Of a DNA stretch of 64,000 nucleotides, positions 13,769 to 27,900 are shown in pieces. How positions within the stretch are numbered: position 1 is the stretch's first letter; every line of letters starts with the position of its first letter. This DNA is from Ptychomitrium polyphyllum. Its lineage: Eukaryota. The stretch covers positions 17,856,001-17,920,000 of the forward strand of contig OZ316775.1 in the NCBI GenBank assembly GCA_973851085.1, given 5' to 3'. The translations under genes and the position numbers were made by a program. The notes beneath the pieces were generated by a model. That model was not told the origin of the DNA and searched no databases. It was given only the letters and a program-made list of their open reading frames with translations.

Positions 13769-14661
13769 TGTCATGGATATATATATTTGAAGCATCTATA
13801 AAGATTCTTAAAAGATTTAGGAAACTTCTAATGAAGCTACCTAGGCTTAAGAAGTTTTTAAAGTAGTTGTCATGGACATGAATCATGCAATGCAGTCTTT
13901 AGAACCTTTTATTATATTATAGTAACTTCTTAGAATACTTTCAAAGTCTCCATAGCTGTTTCCATGTCCTTGGAAAAGTTCCTACAAAAATTGTAACACT
14001 TCCAAAAACTTCCTAGAAAGGTTTTTCCTCTTTATAAAACTTCTTAAGAAGATTCTACTATTTTAAGAAACTTCCAAAGAAGGTTCCAACATCTTGGAAA
14101 GCTTCTTGGGAAGGTTCCGTAGACTTCTAAAACATTCTTAAGTCTTGTAAGAAGCTTCTTTAGAAATATCCTAGGAGATACAAGCATCATAGTATAAATA
14201 GAAGATAAAACAAGGTGGTCCTTAGTCTTGCCAACAAAAATTCTGGATCATATTGTATCCTGCCTTGTTCTAGTCTTTGTATCAGTTTTTATTAATCATT
14301 AATTCTTTAGAAGCTAATTCTTGGAAAATACTTCATTTTTGCTTTTTGTTTCTTATGTCCCTAACATAAGTTATTAGGGCTTAAGAAGCTTCCAAAGAAG
14401 CAACTCAAGATTGCTTAAGTACAGAGCAATATAATACAAGCTTTTCAAGTTGTTTTCAAAACTTATAGTCTTAGTATATATACAAGTTGAGGTTGAAAGG
14501 ATCTTTAGTCTTGACAACGCATTGCTTGTAATCTAGCTTAGACCTTTTAGCTTTGTCTTTGTACCTTGTTGTAGTTCTCTACTTCTAATATACCTTAGAG
14601 ATATCTTGTTCTACCAACTAGAATCCTGAAGCCTTGTCTTTTTATTATTCTATTTGTAACA
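13769..14661 (+). mobile_element. Solo LTR of another family (C), itself interrupted
   Basis: tgtcatgg...ttgtaaca with near-TSD gatgg/aatgg; host gag resumes at ggggctt; orientation is tentative. Confidence 0.7.
13868..14366 (+). mobile_element. Family-A solo LTR nested in LTR C
   Basis: tgtcatggacatgaatcatgcaa...tccctaaca; TSD not clean. Confidence 0.85.
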
Positions 14662-15368
14662 AATGGGGCTTGAAAAATAATATTTAAAGACTTGCTACTT
14701 ATAATGCCAAAGATTAATACATTGGGCAAATTCATGGCTCAAGCAATAGCATGTGACAATAGACTATTTGAAAGGTGCTAAGAAAAACGTTTAGAATAGT
14801 GACCTTACATCAAAGTGTAGCAACCATTTCTTCAAAAATATTGGAAAACCGACCACTAGAACCAAAATCTATGCAAATTGATGCTATCCAATTTAAACAT
14901 TTGATTTCAAAGAAAACAAAGATATCAAAGGAAAAACTTATGTTTTTATTATAAAAAGTCTAAATATAAAGTATACAAGTGCCAAATCAAGAAATTTGCC
15001 TTTAAAGCATGAAGCACAATGGTTGAATTTGAAAACAAAGTTGTCCAATTATAGTAGGAATCATGCAACTAGAAAATACAAAAAAATAAGCATAAAATTA
15101 ATGTCTTTTATTACCTCCAATTCCTACTTCTTGCTTTATATTTCCTATTAAAATCAAATTGTCAAATGGTAAAATACTTAATGAAGTTCTTTTCGACACT
15201 AATACAATAGTATGCTTCATGGACAAGGATTTTGCAACCAAACACCACATCATGCTATTGAATAAAACACATCCCACACCTGTAAAAGTTATCAATGAAA
15301 GATATATTGCGTATGATAATATTATTAGAGAAATTAAGCCTTTGGAGATTGTTTTAGAAGATCAAGCA

Positions 15369-15494
15369 TCTAAAATTGTCTTCAACATCATTCAATGGCG
15401 TTTGAATGAATTTTCTAAAATTGTCTTCAACATCATTCAATGGCGTTTGAATGAATTTTCTAAAATTATCTTCAACATTATTCAAATGGCGTTT
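15369..15494 (+). repeat. 45-bp tandem repeat, ~2.8 copies, in the protease region
   Basis: Copies start at 15369, 15414 and 15459; translates as SKIVFNIIQWRLNEF repeated. Confidence 0.92.
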
Positions 15495-17468
15495 AAAAAC
15501 TAACAATAAGATCCACAACAACATAAATTGAAATAAAAGATTAAACTTAAGTTCAAGGATTAATCAAGGCACAACTAAAACTTATTGGAATAATAATTTT
15601 TACCACTCAAACCTTAGATCCATGCCTCCAAGCTCTAGATTGATACTTCAAAAGTTAGATCAGCAATTTCAAATCCAAAATCTTGTAGAATCCTTCTTAG
15701 GGTTCTACACTACTTTTTTCAATGAAGAAATACATAAAAGAGAAACAAGAGACGAACAAATAAAGAAAGAAGAAAAAATGAGAAAGTGAGGAAGAAAGTA
15801 AGAGAGATAGAAGGAGAGAAATTGTGCCTTTGAGTTGTAAGAAGAAGTACAATCACTTTTTGGACCTATCTATAACTTATCACAAATTAAGTTGATAGCC
15901 TTAATAGAATATATTGATGAGAATCTTGGGAAAGGTTTCATCTAATATTCCAAATTACTTGTTGGAGCATCCATTTTATTTGTAGAAAAGAACAATGGAT
16001 TATTACGTATATGCGTGGATTATTGGAACTTCAATAACGTAATTAAGAAATATCACTATCCATTATCATTAATCTCAAAACCTCTATAATAACTTGGCCA
16101 AGCAAAGATTTTCATTAAGATTGACTTTAGAAGAATCTACAATTTTGTACGTATTGAAGAAAGAGATGAATGGAAGATAGCTTTTCATCTAAATGTGGCC
16201 ATTTTAAATTCAACGTTATGCCTTTTGGTTTTATTGATGCCTTTGCAAATCTTCCAAAATATTATAAATAATATCTTCCATGCAAATTTGGACAATTTCA
16301 TAGTAATTTATTTGGATGACATTTAAATATATATTCAAAGAATGAATAAGACCACAAACGTCATGTGCAACTAGTTTTAGAAAAACTATGCCAGCAAGGA
16401 TTAGATGTCAAATTAAAGAAGTGCCTTTTCTATAAATACTTTGTTGAATTTTTAGATTATACAATCTTCAAAAGAAGAATCTGTATGAATGAAAAGAAAA
16501 TAAGCAGTGCCATTCAGTGAAATGTGTCAAGATTAATTCAAGATGTTTAATGCTTCTTAGAATTTGCAAATTTTTAAAGAATACTCATTAAGATTTATTT
16601 CAAGATTGTAGCAATATTGATGCAACTTATAGGGAAGCAAAATTTCACTTGGAATGAAGAGGCAATAAGAACATTTTAAAGTCTTAAGAAATCATTCACG
16701 TTGGTTGTAATTTTTATTTATTAAAATCCATCAAAGCTTTTTTAATTGACTCAAATGCCTCTGATTTTGCACTTGGCTCAATATCCTCACAATATGACAA
16801 ATATTGAAGACTCTATCCAATTGTTTTTTGTACAAAAAAATTTTCAACGGCAGTAATCAACTATGATATATATATCAAGGAATTACTTGCAATTATAGAT
16901 GCATTTGAAGAATGGCAACATTTATTAGAAGGTGTTCAACATACCATCATAATATATACAAATCACAAGAACCTGTAATACTTCATGAGTGCACATGTTT
17001 TAAATGACCTTCAAGTAAGGTAAAGTATGTCGCTTTTTAGATTTGATCTTTTCATTACTTATCAATCTAATAGCATATAAAGTAAGCTAGATGCTTTATT
17101 TCAAAGATTTTATTTGACTATTAAATCTAAAAAAAAAATTTGGATCAATAAAGGACTATTTTGTTGAAAACACAATATTTTCAATTAAACGCAATGACCA
17201 TCCCTAAAACATTCTATTTCAACAAAATTTGAAGGGTTTTGAAAAAGAATACCTTTATATAAATAAAAAGAGGTTGTGTAGAAACAATAAAAATCCTTTA
17301 AATCGTGATGAAAATTTGAATTCTACATGGGTCTACTTTATTATAAAGGACTTTGATACCCACCTCCAAGATCCTTGCATATGACGGTCTTTCAATCACA
17401 CCATGATTTTCTAGTGGCACAACACTATAGATTTGACAAAACAATAGAATTGATCACTAGAGAATAGT

Positions 17469-18631
17469 TGTTGCAACCATTGTATTGCACCTTAACAACG
17501 TCACGCACGTCAACCTTTTACACTTCCACATGCACATGGTTAACCTCCATTTTTACTCTTCAAGTCCCAGATTTGGTTTCTAATTCTCTCTACTACTTTT
17601 CTTAGAACATCCAATTTATTGGTAACCAATGGTTAAATGCGGACTTCCATTCATCTCTAAGGCCTCACTTGATGTTACTCCCATACCACACAGCCTAACC
17701 GCACTTAGTAGTGTCTCCTCACCACTACATATGATTTCCATGTGATCCTAAGATCATCCCAAATCACCATAGTGTTGGCGTGATGACACCACCTCAACTA
17801 AATGATAACAAGCGTACTCTTTTTATTTCAGTAATTTCTATTGTGAAACCGGTCACCCATCAACTCACAATGGTGTGGGAGTCCCCGTGGTGAAGCTCCA
17901 ATATTAACTCCACCAACCAGAACTCATCCTTAGTTCCTATCGAGACACTAGGGAAGTGGGGAGGGAGACCAGTCTTCCCTTATAGTACTCTCTATGGAAT
18001 TCTGCAGGCCCCCTGGCCCTCTGTAGCTGGCTGAATTCTGACAGACCAAAAATTTTGGAAGACTACTCGATCTTCCATGGTACTTAGCCGCTGGTAGCCT
18101 TCAGGACTTCCTCTAGACCTTCAGGGATCCATATCTTCCACATTTGGTCTCCGAATGTATCAAACAACCACTTTATTGTTATTTATTCTTTGCGCAAATG
18201 CCGATGGATCCTTCAAACGTCCAATTTGATTTAGTATTCTAGGAGATATGCCTCTCCCAAGGTTTAGATTTCTCGGGGAATTCCTCCCTGCATTGTCCTA
18301 GTCCAACACAATCATAGTCTAAGGCTGCCACAATTTAGAACAGTCCTTGGCAACCCCAACTTTGAGGTGCTATATCTTTTAACTTCCTTGTTTGATTTGA
18401 GCAATCTTTAGCATTTTAGAATCAATTTATTGTGAGTCCTTCAATGCCTACAATTTCTTCTTCGTGGCCCTCATTCTACATGGGCAAGGATATCTCTCCC
18501 CCTTGAAATCCTTCCCACATTAAACCCACTCGATTCATCTCACTATCGGTGCCACAAGTCTTAGACGTTACTGTGGGGACCCCCTTTGGCCTTTAGTATT
18601 GTAAGCATTTCTGAAGGAGAAATGCACAACA
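17469..18631 (-). mobile_element. Family-B solo LTR (~1.16 kb, older copy)
   Basis: Reverse-complement homolog of 19227-20369 and 48619-49760; TG...CA ends; TSD decayed. Confidence 0.85.
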
Positions 18632-19226
18632 GCATTGGTAGTTACAAATGTAAAAATACGTGAAAGATTATGTTTAATCATGCAACACTTGCATAATGGC
18701 CTAAGTACCAAGACACCAACCTCATATTCACATCTATCCTCTTTCACTGCTAAAGGTTTTATGATTGTCATTGTTTTTAAATTTTATAGTAATCATCTCT
18801 AATTCCAATTGTAAAGACACTATTTTAGTAGTGGTAGATTGATGGTTCACCAAAATGGCACATTTTGCTCCATGCAATAAGATGATAACGGGAGAAGAAA
18901 TTGCCAAGTTGATGTTAAATCACATTTATTACATATATGGACTACCAAATGATATTGTATTTGATCAAGGACTGCAATGTATTTCCAACTTTTGGAAGGC
19001 TTTAATTCAACACTTGCGCATAGAGATCAATCTTTCTTCAGCACACCATCTACAAATGGATTGTCAAACCAAATAAGTAAATCAAATTTTTGAACAGTAC
19101 CTTTGTTATAGCATAGACTACCAATAAGACAACTCAATAGACTTCTTGCTTTTGGCAAAATTTGCTTATGATAATACGATGCATTTTTCAACAACGCAAA
19201 CTCTAATCTTTATAAACTATGGCCAT

Positions 19227-20369
19227 TGTTGCGCACCTCTCCTTGAAGAGTGCCCGCAACACTAAGGGCACAAGGGGGATCCCGGAGTGATGTCCGGGAC
19301 TTGTGGCGCCGATAGTGAGGGAAACCGAGTGGGCCTAGCGTGGGAAGGACCCCTAAGGATGAGAAACATCCTTGCCCATGTAGACCAAGGGCCTTGAGGG
19401 ATAGATGGCTGGCATTGGAAGAATCACAAAGTGTTGATTCTAGAATGCTAAAGATTGTCCAAATCGGACAAGGGAGCTAAAAGTTATGGCATCCCAAAGT
19501 TGGAGTTGCCAAGGGGCTGTTCTGGAGTGTGGCAGCCCCACACAGTGACTGGACTGGAGTGGAACAGTCCAGGGAGAGACTCCCCGGGAGTCCCGAATCT
19601 TGGGAGAGGCGTATCTTCCACAATACTAACTCAAACCGGACGTTTGAGGAGTCTATCGGCATCTACGCAAAGAGTAATTGACGATAGAGTGGTTGCACAT
19701 TACATTCGGGCAGCGGATGAGGAAGATATGGCTCCCTAAAGGTCCGCTGGGAGTCCCGGAGGCTTCCAGCGGCTAAGTCCCAAGGGAGATCGGGTGGTCT
19801 TTTAAAACTCTAGGTGTGTCGAGGTTCAGCTAGCTACAGAGGGCCAAGGGGCCTGCCAAATCTTACAGAGAATACTATAAGGGAGGGCTGGTCCCTTTCT
19901 CTACTCCCCTACTGTCCCGGTAGAGACCAAGGGTGAGTCTCGGTTGGTGGAGCTAGTGTTGGGGCTTCACGACGGAAACTCCCACACCATTGTGAGCCGG
20001 TGGACGGCTGGTTTCACAAAGGGAACTAGCACGTTCAAAAGGGTACCCTTGTTATCACTAAGTTGGGGTGGTGTCTTTACGCCGGCACCATGATGGCCCG
20101 AGGTGATCTTAGGATCACATGGGCATCATGAGTGGTGGTGAGGAGACACCACTAAGTGCGGTTAGGCCATGTGGAATGGGAGTAACACCAAGTGAGGCCT
20201 TGGACATGAATAGAAGTCCTCACCTAACCATTGGCTACTAATAAATTAAGTGTCCTAAGAAAAATGGTAGAAAGACTTGGAAAGTGAAAATGGGGGTTAA
20301 CCATGTGCATGTGGAGGTGTACAGGGTTGACGTGCGTAATGCTTGCTAAGGTGCATTACAATTGCGACA
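19227..20369 (+). mobile_element. Family-B solo LTR (1143 bp, relatively GC-rich)
   Basis: tgttgcgcacc...ttgcgaca; perfect TSD GCCAT; internal tactataaggg TATA-like box. Confidence 0.92.
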
Positions 20370-20374
20370 GCCAT

Positions 20375-21678
20375 TGTCAATTCCAGATTATGCACCAAAA
20401 TTTTATTTAGTTAATGTTTGGTATTTTGATAAGATGTAGTATTAGTTAAATATCAATTGAGATAAAATGAAGGTTTTGGCCTTAATTATGAACCAAGGCT
20501 TTGGATTATCAAGTTGGTTTTAATATAATCCAAATATGTAGATTAGATCCTAAATAATATTAAATCTTGTTTATAATGAGTTTGTTAAGAAAGGTAGAAT
20601 TAGTTGTAGTTGGAATATGGTGAAGGAAGAAAATGAAGAGTTATTCTACTCTTGAAGCCATAAAAGATGGTCTAAGAAGAAGATAGAGAGTCACTTTGCT
20701 CTTGAAGGCACAATTAGTGTTGAAAGAAGAAGATGAAAAATTATTCTACTTTTCAAACGTTATTCCCACAAAAACAATTCAAGTTGGCTCCTAGTGAAAT
20801 TCTCTCAAAAACTAATGTTTTTCATTAGTTAGTGAGTTGTTTTGCATTATTTTTGGCTAATTAAGTTATTAGGAATTAAAACTTGTGCATTGATTGGTAT
20901 CCATGGTGATTTATTATTATCTTGTGGCAAATATATGCCAACCATTGGTCTTTCCCTCAAGTTGTTAGCAAGTGGCTTGTAAGTTGTTAGAAAGTGGTTA
21001 GCAAGTGGCTTGCAAGTTGTTAGCAAGTGGATATTTAAGGCCTTCTCAAGGTCTTTTTCTCTCTCTCTCACCTTTGGTTTGAGCCCTTGGCAAGGAAGCC
21101 CATTGAGGCATCAAAGAGTAGTATTTGTTATGTTTTTTTATACTAATGTTATAAGTTGTTTGTCTTACACCCGTGCTGGACCACTTTGAACTTACTTTAA
21201 GTGGATTTATTTTTCAGATTTGACACGGTTATTGGGTAGAGGAGGAAAAATTAGTAAGGTTAGGCACACAAATTATCAAATTTGGAGCTAAAATGAGAAA
21301 GTTATGAGAGTTTGAAGTTTGAGAGATTTTCTATATCTACGGTTGCTGCTGTGTTGTACTGTGCTGTTTTCATCCAGCAGCCCTATTTTCATCTAATAAC
21401 TTATTCCATCCAATTTTTCTCATCCAATTCCTTCCTTTTTTCTTTCTTATTTCTATCTAATTCTTTTTTTTTTCTTGTGATATTTTTCATCAATTGTTTT
21501 AATTAAATCAATTAGTAACCATGGCTTGGAAAGAATTATTTGAAAAGGTGGAATTTTAAAATGCTTGATTAATTAATTAACCACTAGAGCAATCTTGCAA
21601 TTGATTCCTACTACTTCTTGAACTTATTGTGAAGTTATTCTTCCTCTTCAAGTGGATAGGGAGGTATTTTAGCTTACA
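20375..21678. mobile_element. Family-D solo LTR-like insert (1304 bp)
   Basis: tgtcaa...cttaca flanked by GCCAT on both sides; internal tagcaagtgg repeats at ~20960-21030; host integrase resumes at 21684. Confidence 0.8.
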
Positions 21679-21996
21679 GCCATCATCCTTGAGCATGTTC
21701 ATTTCAAATCAAGCATATTGGAAGTTTTGTAGTAGAAGATTTTGCAATCCAAGTAGCTAAAATCAACCACAAAGTTGCATTTTAATTACAACAAGCTCAA
21801 GATCGTTACAAAACTTATGCAGATTGTCATCGGAAGGACCATCAAAAATTCAAGGTTGGAGATAGCGTATGGCTCCTACAACAAAATATACAAACAAAAA
21901 GATTGTCAAAGAAGCTGGACTATCAAAGGCTAGGACCGTTTGAAATCTTCATATAATTAAATTTGATCAGTTATTGCCTTAAACTACCATTAATTG

Positions 21997-24900
21997 TATT
22001 AAAAAGATAAGAAACAAGAAGTAGAAACAAAGTATTTTTCAAGAATTATCTTCTAAAGAGCTAATGATTAACAAGAACTTGATACAAAGACTAAAATAAG
22101 GCAGGATACCAGATGATCCACAACTTGTGTTGGCAAAAGTAAAGATTACTTTATCTTGCCTCCTATTTATACTATAACGCTTATATCACTTATGATACTT
22201 CTAAAAAAAAGGTACTTCCTATAAGGCTTAAGAATGTTCTAGAAGTCTATAGAACCTTTCTAAGAAGCTTCCAAGGAACTGGAACCTTCTTTGGAAATTT
22301 TGTAAGGTGGTGGAACCTTCTTAGGAAGTTTCTTAAAAAATTAAAACCTTCATAAAAAGCTTCCTAAAGTGGTGGAACTTTTGTAGAAAGTTTCTTGAGA
22401 TGATAACACCTTCCTAGAAAGTTTACTTGAGATAGAAAAATTTTCCTAGGAAATTATCTAAAAATGTAGAAATGGCTATTGTCACAAACATAGATCATGC
22501 AACACAGTCCTTAGAACATTCTATACCTTCTAGTATATTATAATAGCTTCTTAGATTACTTTTAAATGTCTCCATAGCCTTTCCATGTTCTTAGGACGCT
22601 TCCTAGGAAAGTTCTTCCACCTTAGGAAACTTCCTAGGAAGGCTCCATCATCTTAGGTAACTTCTTAGGAAATTTCCAACAAAGATTCCATCACTTTAGG
22701 AAATTTCCTAAAAAAGCTCCATCATCTCAAGTAACTTCCTACTAAGATTCCATCACCTTAGAAAACTTCCTAGAAAAGTTCCACCACCTTTGAAAACTTC
22801 CTAAAAAGGTTTTGCTACCCTAGGAAACTTCTTGAGAAGGTTCCATTATTTTAGAAAACTTCCAAGGAAGGTTCTAATCCCTTGGAAGCTTCTTAGGAAG
22901 GTTCCAAGATCTTAGAACACTTCTTGGGAAGTTTCCCTAGACTTTTAGAACATTCTTAAGCCTTATAGGAAGCTTCTTTAGAAGTATCTTAGGAGATACA
23001 AGCATCATAACATAAATAGGAAGCAAGACAAGGTTTTCCTTAGCCTTACCAACACAAGTTGTGGATCATCTTGAGTTTTGCCTTGTTCTAGTCTTTGTAT
23101 CAAGTTCTTGTTAATCATTAGCTCCTTAAAAGCTAATTCTTAAAAAACACTTCGATTCTGCTTCTTGTTTCTTGTGCCCCTAACAGCTATGGAGACATTT
23201 GAAATTATTTTAAGAAGTTATTATAATATACTGAAGGTTCTAGAAGGTTTGAAAGTCTATATTGCATGATCTATATTTGCGATATCACCTCCCAATTTAG
23301 CAACGAGTTTTATGAGGAGCTCTTCTTATGGCTTGCTTGTCACATTTCTACAAATTCCAAAATTTATCAAAGAAGTGAAGGAACATGTTTTATTTGCTGT
23401 TCTTTGTCCACTGCTTCAACTTGTCTTTGCAAAACATGCCGATGACCACCATTCAAAACTTCTTTTGTTGAAATGTCCCAGTTTAAGAATTGATCTTGAT
23501 TAAATCCTTCAAAACATCCTCCAAATAAGATTTCATGTCCTCTTACAGTGACTCTTCTAATTTCTAATAAGATGACTAGAGCACAAGCATTTGAATCAAA
23601 ATTGGAATGTGAAGGGCAACTACCCAATACTTTTGCACAAGGTTATATGCAACGTTAGAATGTCTCTCTTATATCTTGTCTTAGATCTTCCATTACTAAA
23701 GGCTAAAAAAAGTTGAATTGGCTCAACAGATGCTATTGTTGATAAAGACACGGCCGACTACTCTTCACGCATATCCATAATAAGACAAAGATTTGACATA
23801 TTAGCTAGGATCTAGAAATGATCTATCTTAGAAATAATGCAACATACAATTAAAGGTTTGGATATCTCTCCTCCCTTCATATATTTGTTTATAGAAAATA
23901 CTTCTTTGTAAAGCTAACACCTACTAATGACAGGTCATCATTGACCTGGTTTATGGAAATATCTTTGATAAAATTCACATATCTTTTTAGATGTATTTGT
24001 TACTATCATCAAAGATTCCCATGTTCAGTCATTGATGTTATATCCTTGTCAACATATAAGATACTCCACACGTCCATTCTTAATGCATGAATCTATAATC
24101 TCTTCAACTTCATATTCCATTTCAGTATTGATTTCCAACGAAAGAAGTGGTGGAACAATTCTCTATGATATACATGACTTGTTATAGGTTTCTAACAACA
24201 ATACGTGGAATACTAGATGCATTTGCATAATTGGTGGTAGTTTGAGGCGATAATTGACCGGATTTATCTATTTGCTGATTTCAAATGGTCTTAGCCCTTG
24301 ATAGCCCAACTTCTTTGATGGTCATTTTGTTTGTATATTTCATCGTAGGAGCCATATGCTATCTCCAACCTTGAACTTTAAATGGTCCTTCCACTGATAA
24401 TCTACATAAGATTTGTAATGATCTTGAGCTTATTGTAATTGGAAAATAAGATTTTGGTGGATTTAGCAAGTTGAGTTGCAAAATCTTTTGCCGCAAGACT
24501 TCCATTATGCTTAACTTGAAATGGATTTGCTTGAGATTGATGGCCATAGTTTGCAAATAATGGACTTTGAATTGTTGAAAAATGCATCATATTGTTATAG
24601 GCAAACTCTGCCAAATGTAAGAAGTCCATCCAGTTGTCTTGCTGGTGGTTTATGCTACAACAAAGGTACTGCTCCAAAATTTGATTCACATGTTTGGTTT
24701 GACCATCATAATGCAGATGGTGTGTTGAAGAAGGGTTGATCTTTATGTGCAATAGCTGGAATAGAGCCTTCCAAAAGTTGGAAATGAACTACAGCCCTCG
24801 ATCGGATACAATATCATCTGGTAGTCCATGTATGCAGTAGACGTGATTTAAGAACAACTTGGCAGTTTCTTCTCTCGTTACCGTCTTGTTGCATGGAATG

Positions 24901-27900
24901 AAATGTGCCATTTTGATAAATGGATCCACCACTACCAAAATAGAATCCTTAGAATTGGAGTTTAGAAGGTTTGTGATAAAATCCATTGACAAAGACAACC
25001 ATTGGCTCTTTGGCATAAAAAGCAGATGGATGAGACCATGAGGTTGGTGTCTTGGTATCTAGGCCCTTGCACAAGTATTGCATGATTAAATAAAGTCCTT
25101 CATGTATTTCTACATTTGTGGCTTCCAATAGTCTCTAGCAATCAATTCCATTGTTTTATTGAATTCAAAATGCCCTGCTCCTTGGAAAATCATAATGTAC
25201 TAGAAGAATCTTCCACTGCAAAGGGCCTGGAGGTAGGTACAAAAGTCCTCTATAATAAAATAGACCCTCTTAGAATTCAAAGTCTTCATCGCTATTTGAA
25301 AGATCTTCAATGTCATTGAGGTGCTTCCTTATATTTGAAACAAAGACATCATTCTTCAATGCCTTCCGAATTTTGTCAAGATGGGATGTTGTTGTAATAA
25401 TGGCTGTTTTCAATTGAAGATTTTGTAGCTTCAATAAAATAATCCTTTATTAATCCAAAACATCATCTCTAGGTTGAGGAGCTAAATAAGATCTTCGAGA
25501 TAAGGCATCTGGCTTACCTTATATACTACCAAGTGAATAAGTAATGACAAAGTCAAACTTAGAAAGCGACATATTCCACCTTGCTTGATGGCAATTCAAA
25601 ATGCGTGCTCTCATGAAATACTCTAAGTTCTTGTGGTCTGTGTATGTTATATGGTATGTTGAGCTCCTTCCAACAAGTGTCGCCATTCTTCAACCACATC
25701 TACAATTACAAGTAGTTCCTTATTATATATATCATAGTTGATCTCTGCCGCTGAGAACTTCCTTGAACAAAAGGCAAGAGGGTGAAGTCTCCCGTCTTCA
25801 TCATATTCTGAGAGTACTAAGCCAAGCGCAAAATCTCAGGCATCTGCTTCCAAATAGAAAGGCTTTGATGGATTTGGATGAATAAGGATTGAAGCCGACG
25901 TAAATGACTTCTTTAGACTTTAAAATGCATTTTCAGCTTCTTCATTCCATATGAATTATTGCTTCCCTGTAAGACGTGTTAATGGTGCCGCAATCTTGGA
26001 ATAATTCTTAATGAATATCCTGTAGAAGTTTGCAAATTCCAAGAAGCATTGAACATCTCAATTTGATCTTGGCGTACTCCACTCCATGACAGTGCTTATT
26101 TTCTTTCTTATCCATATGGATTCCTCCTTTGGAAATGATGTAGCTTAAACATTCAACCAAGGACTCATGAAAAAGGCACTTTTCCAATTTGGCATATAAT
26201 CCTCGCTGGCATAATTTTTCTAAGACCATTTGCACATGACATTCGTGGTCTTGTTCATCCTTTGAATATATCAAAATGTCATCTAAGTAGTTGACTACAA
26301 AATCGTCCAAATATTCATCAAAAGATATCATCCATCATATGTTGGAAGACTGCAAGGGCATTAGTAAGGCCAAAAAGCATGACATTATACTCAAAATGAC
26401 CATATCTGGATTCAAAAGCTGTCTTCCATTTGTCTCCTTCTTTGATGCGTACAAGATTGTAGATTCTCCTCTAAGATTAATTTTGATGAATATCTTTATT
26501 TGGCCAAGTTGTTGTAAGAGTCTTGAGATTAATGGTAATGGATAGCGATTCTTTTTTGTTACTTTATTGAGGCCTTCATAATCCATGCACATACAAAATG
26601 ATCCATCTTTCTTCTTTACAAATAGAATGGGTGTTTTAGCAGGTAATTTAGAGTGTTGAATGAAAACCTTTCTAAGGTTTTCATTAATATATTCTCTCAA
26701 GGCAACCAACTCAGTTTGTGATAAGTTATAAATAGGTCCAAAAGGTGGTTGGGCTCTTTCTTGCAACTCAATGGTACAATCCTAAAGTCGGTGCTTTGGT
26801 AATATATCTGCATTCTTTTTTCAAAAATTCTTTATAATCTTGATATTAAAGAGGTGTGTTTTGATTAGTCTCTATTATAGAGCTGGATATTGATGTGGTA
26901 TAAATGATATAAATTAGTTCATCATTTGCCGCTCTCATGAATGGCTTAGCTCCAATAAATGATGGTCAAAGATTTATCCTACCTTAACATCTTTTCCTTG
27001 AGACCACACTCCGTGAGCGCTAATCAATGTATGGATTATGTAATTCAAACCAAAGAAGGCCAAAAATAATAGAATTTGTTTGGCATTGAATGATGTTGAA
27101 GACAATTTTAAATGCTTGATTTCCTAAAATAACCTCCAAAAATTGAGTTTCTTCAATAACGTTGCTAGATGCAAGAGATCTTCCATTGATAACTTCAACA
27201 TGCGCGAGGTATTTTTTGCTTACAAGCACCATATGATGTTTAGTTGCAAAATCTTTATCTATAAACCATGACGTTGTATTGGTGTTCAAAAGAGCTTCAC
27301 TAACTATTTCATCATCTACCAATTTAATTTGATAGGAAACGTAAAACAAGAGGTAGGGCTTGAAGATAGTAAAAGACCTTTATTTAATGGTCATTTTCTT
27401 GTGGTGTCCAGTTGCATGGTCCCTATTGTAACTAGACAGCCTTGTTTTCCAACTCCACCATTGTGCTTTGAGCCTTAAAGGCAGATCCTTTGATTTGGCA
27501 ATTGCGCACTTTATATCCAAACTTACCACAATACAAATGTACATTTCTTTTTCAACGTTGTTTTTTTTTTTTGGAGTCAAACGTCTAAACTAGGCAGCAT
27601 CAATTTGTATAGTTTCTGATCCTTGTGGTTGTATTTCCAATACTCTTGACGAAGTGGTTGCCATACCTTGATGTATTGGTCGCCATCCCAAATATTGTTG
27701 TTGGCGCCTCTCAAATAGTCTATTGTCACATGCTATTGCTTGAGTGATGAATTTGTCCAATATTTCAACTCTTGGCATTGTGAGTAGCAAGTCTTTTACA
27801 TTATCTCTCAGGCCCTATCAAAATCGTTTGACCAAGGCCTTATCAATTCAGTTAAGGTCGCAAGCTAATTGTTGAAATTCTGTAGCATATATAGCAGCCG

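Larger units (their letters stand above)
11864..21996 (+). mobile_element. Ancient, heavily decayed family-A-related Gypsy element hosting several nested insertions; 3' end missing locally
   Basis: Short LTR variant at 11864-~12180, leader, gag ~12540-15060, PR ~15160, RT/RH ~15830-17100, IN ~18630-21995, all collinear with copy 1 once inserts are removed. Confidence 0.85.

Noticed and set aside
19455..19739. ORFs inside family-B LTRs (also 48831-49111)
   Set aside because: Frames are not conserved between copies and no domain is recognisable
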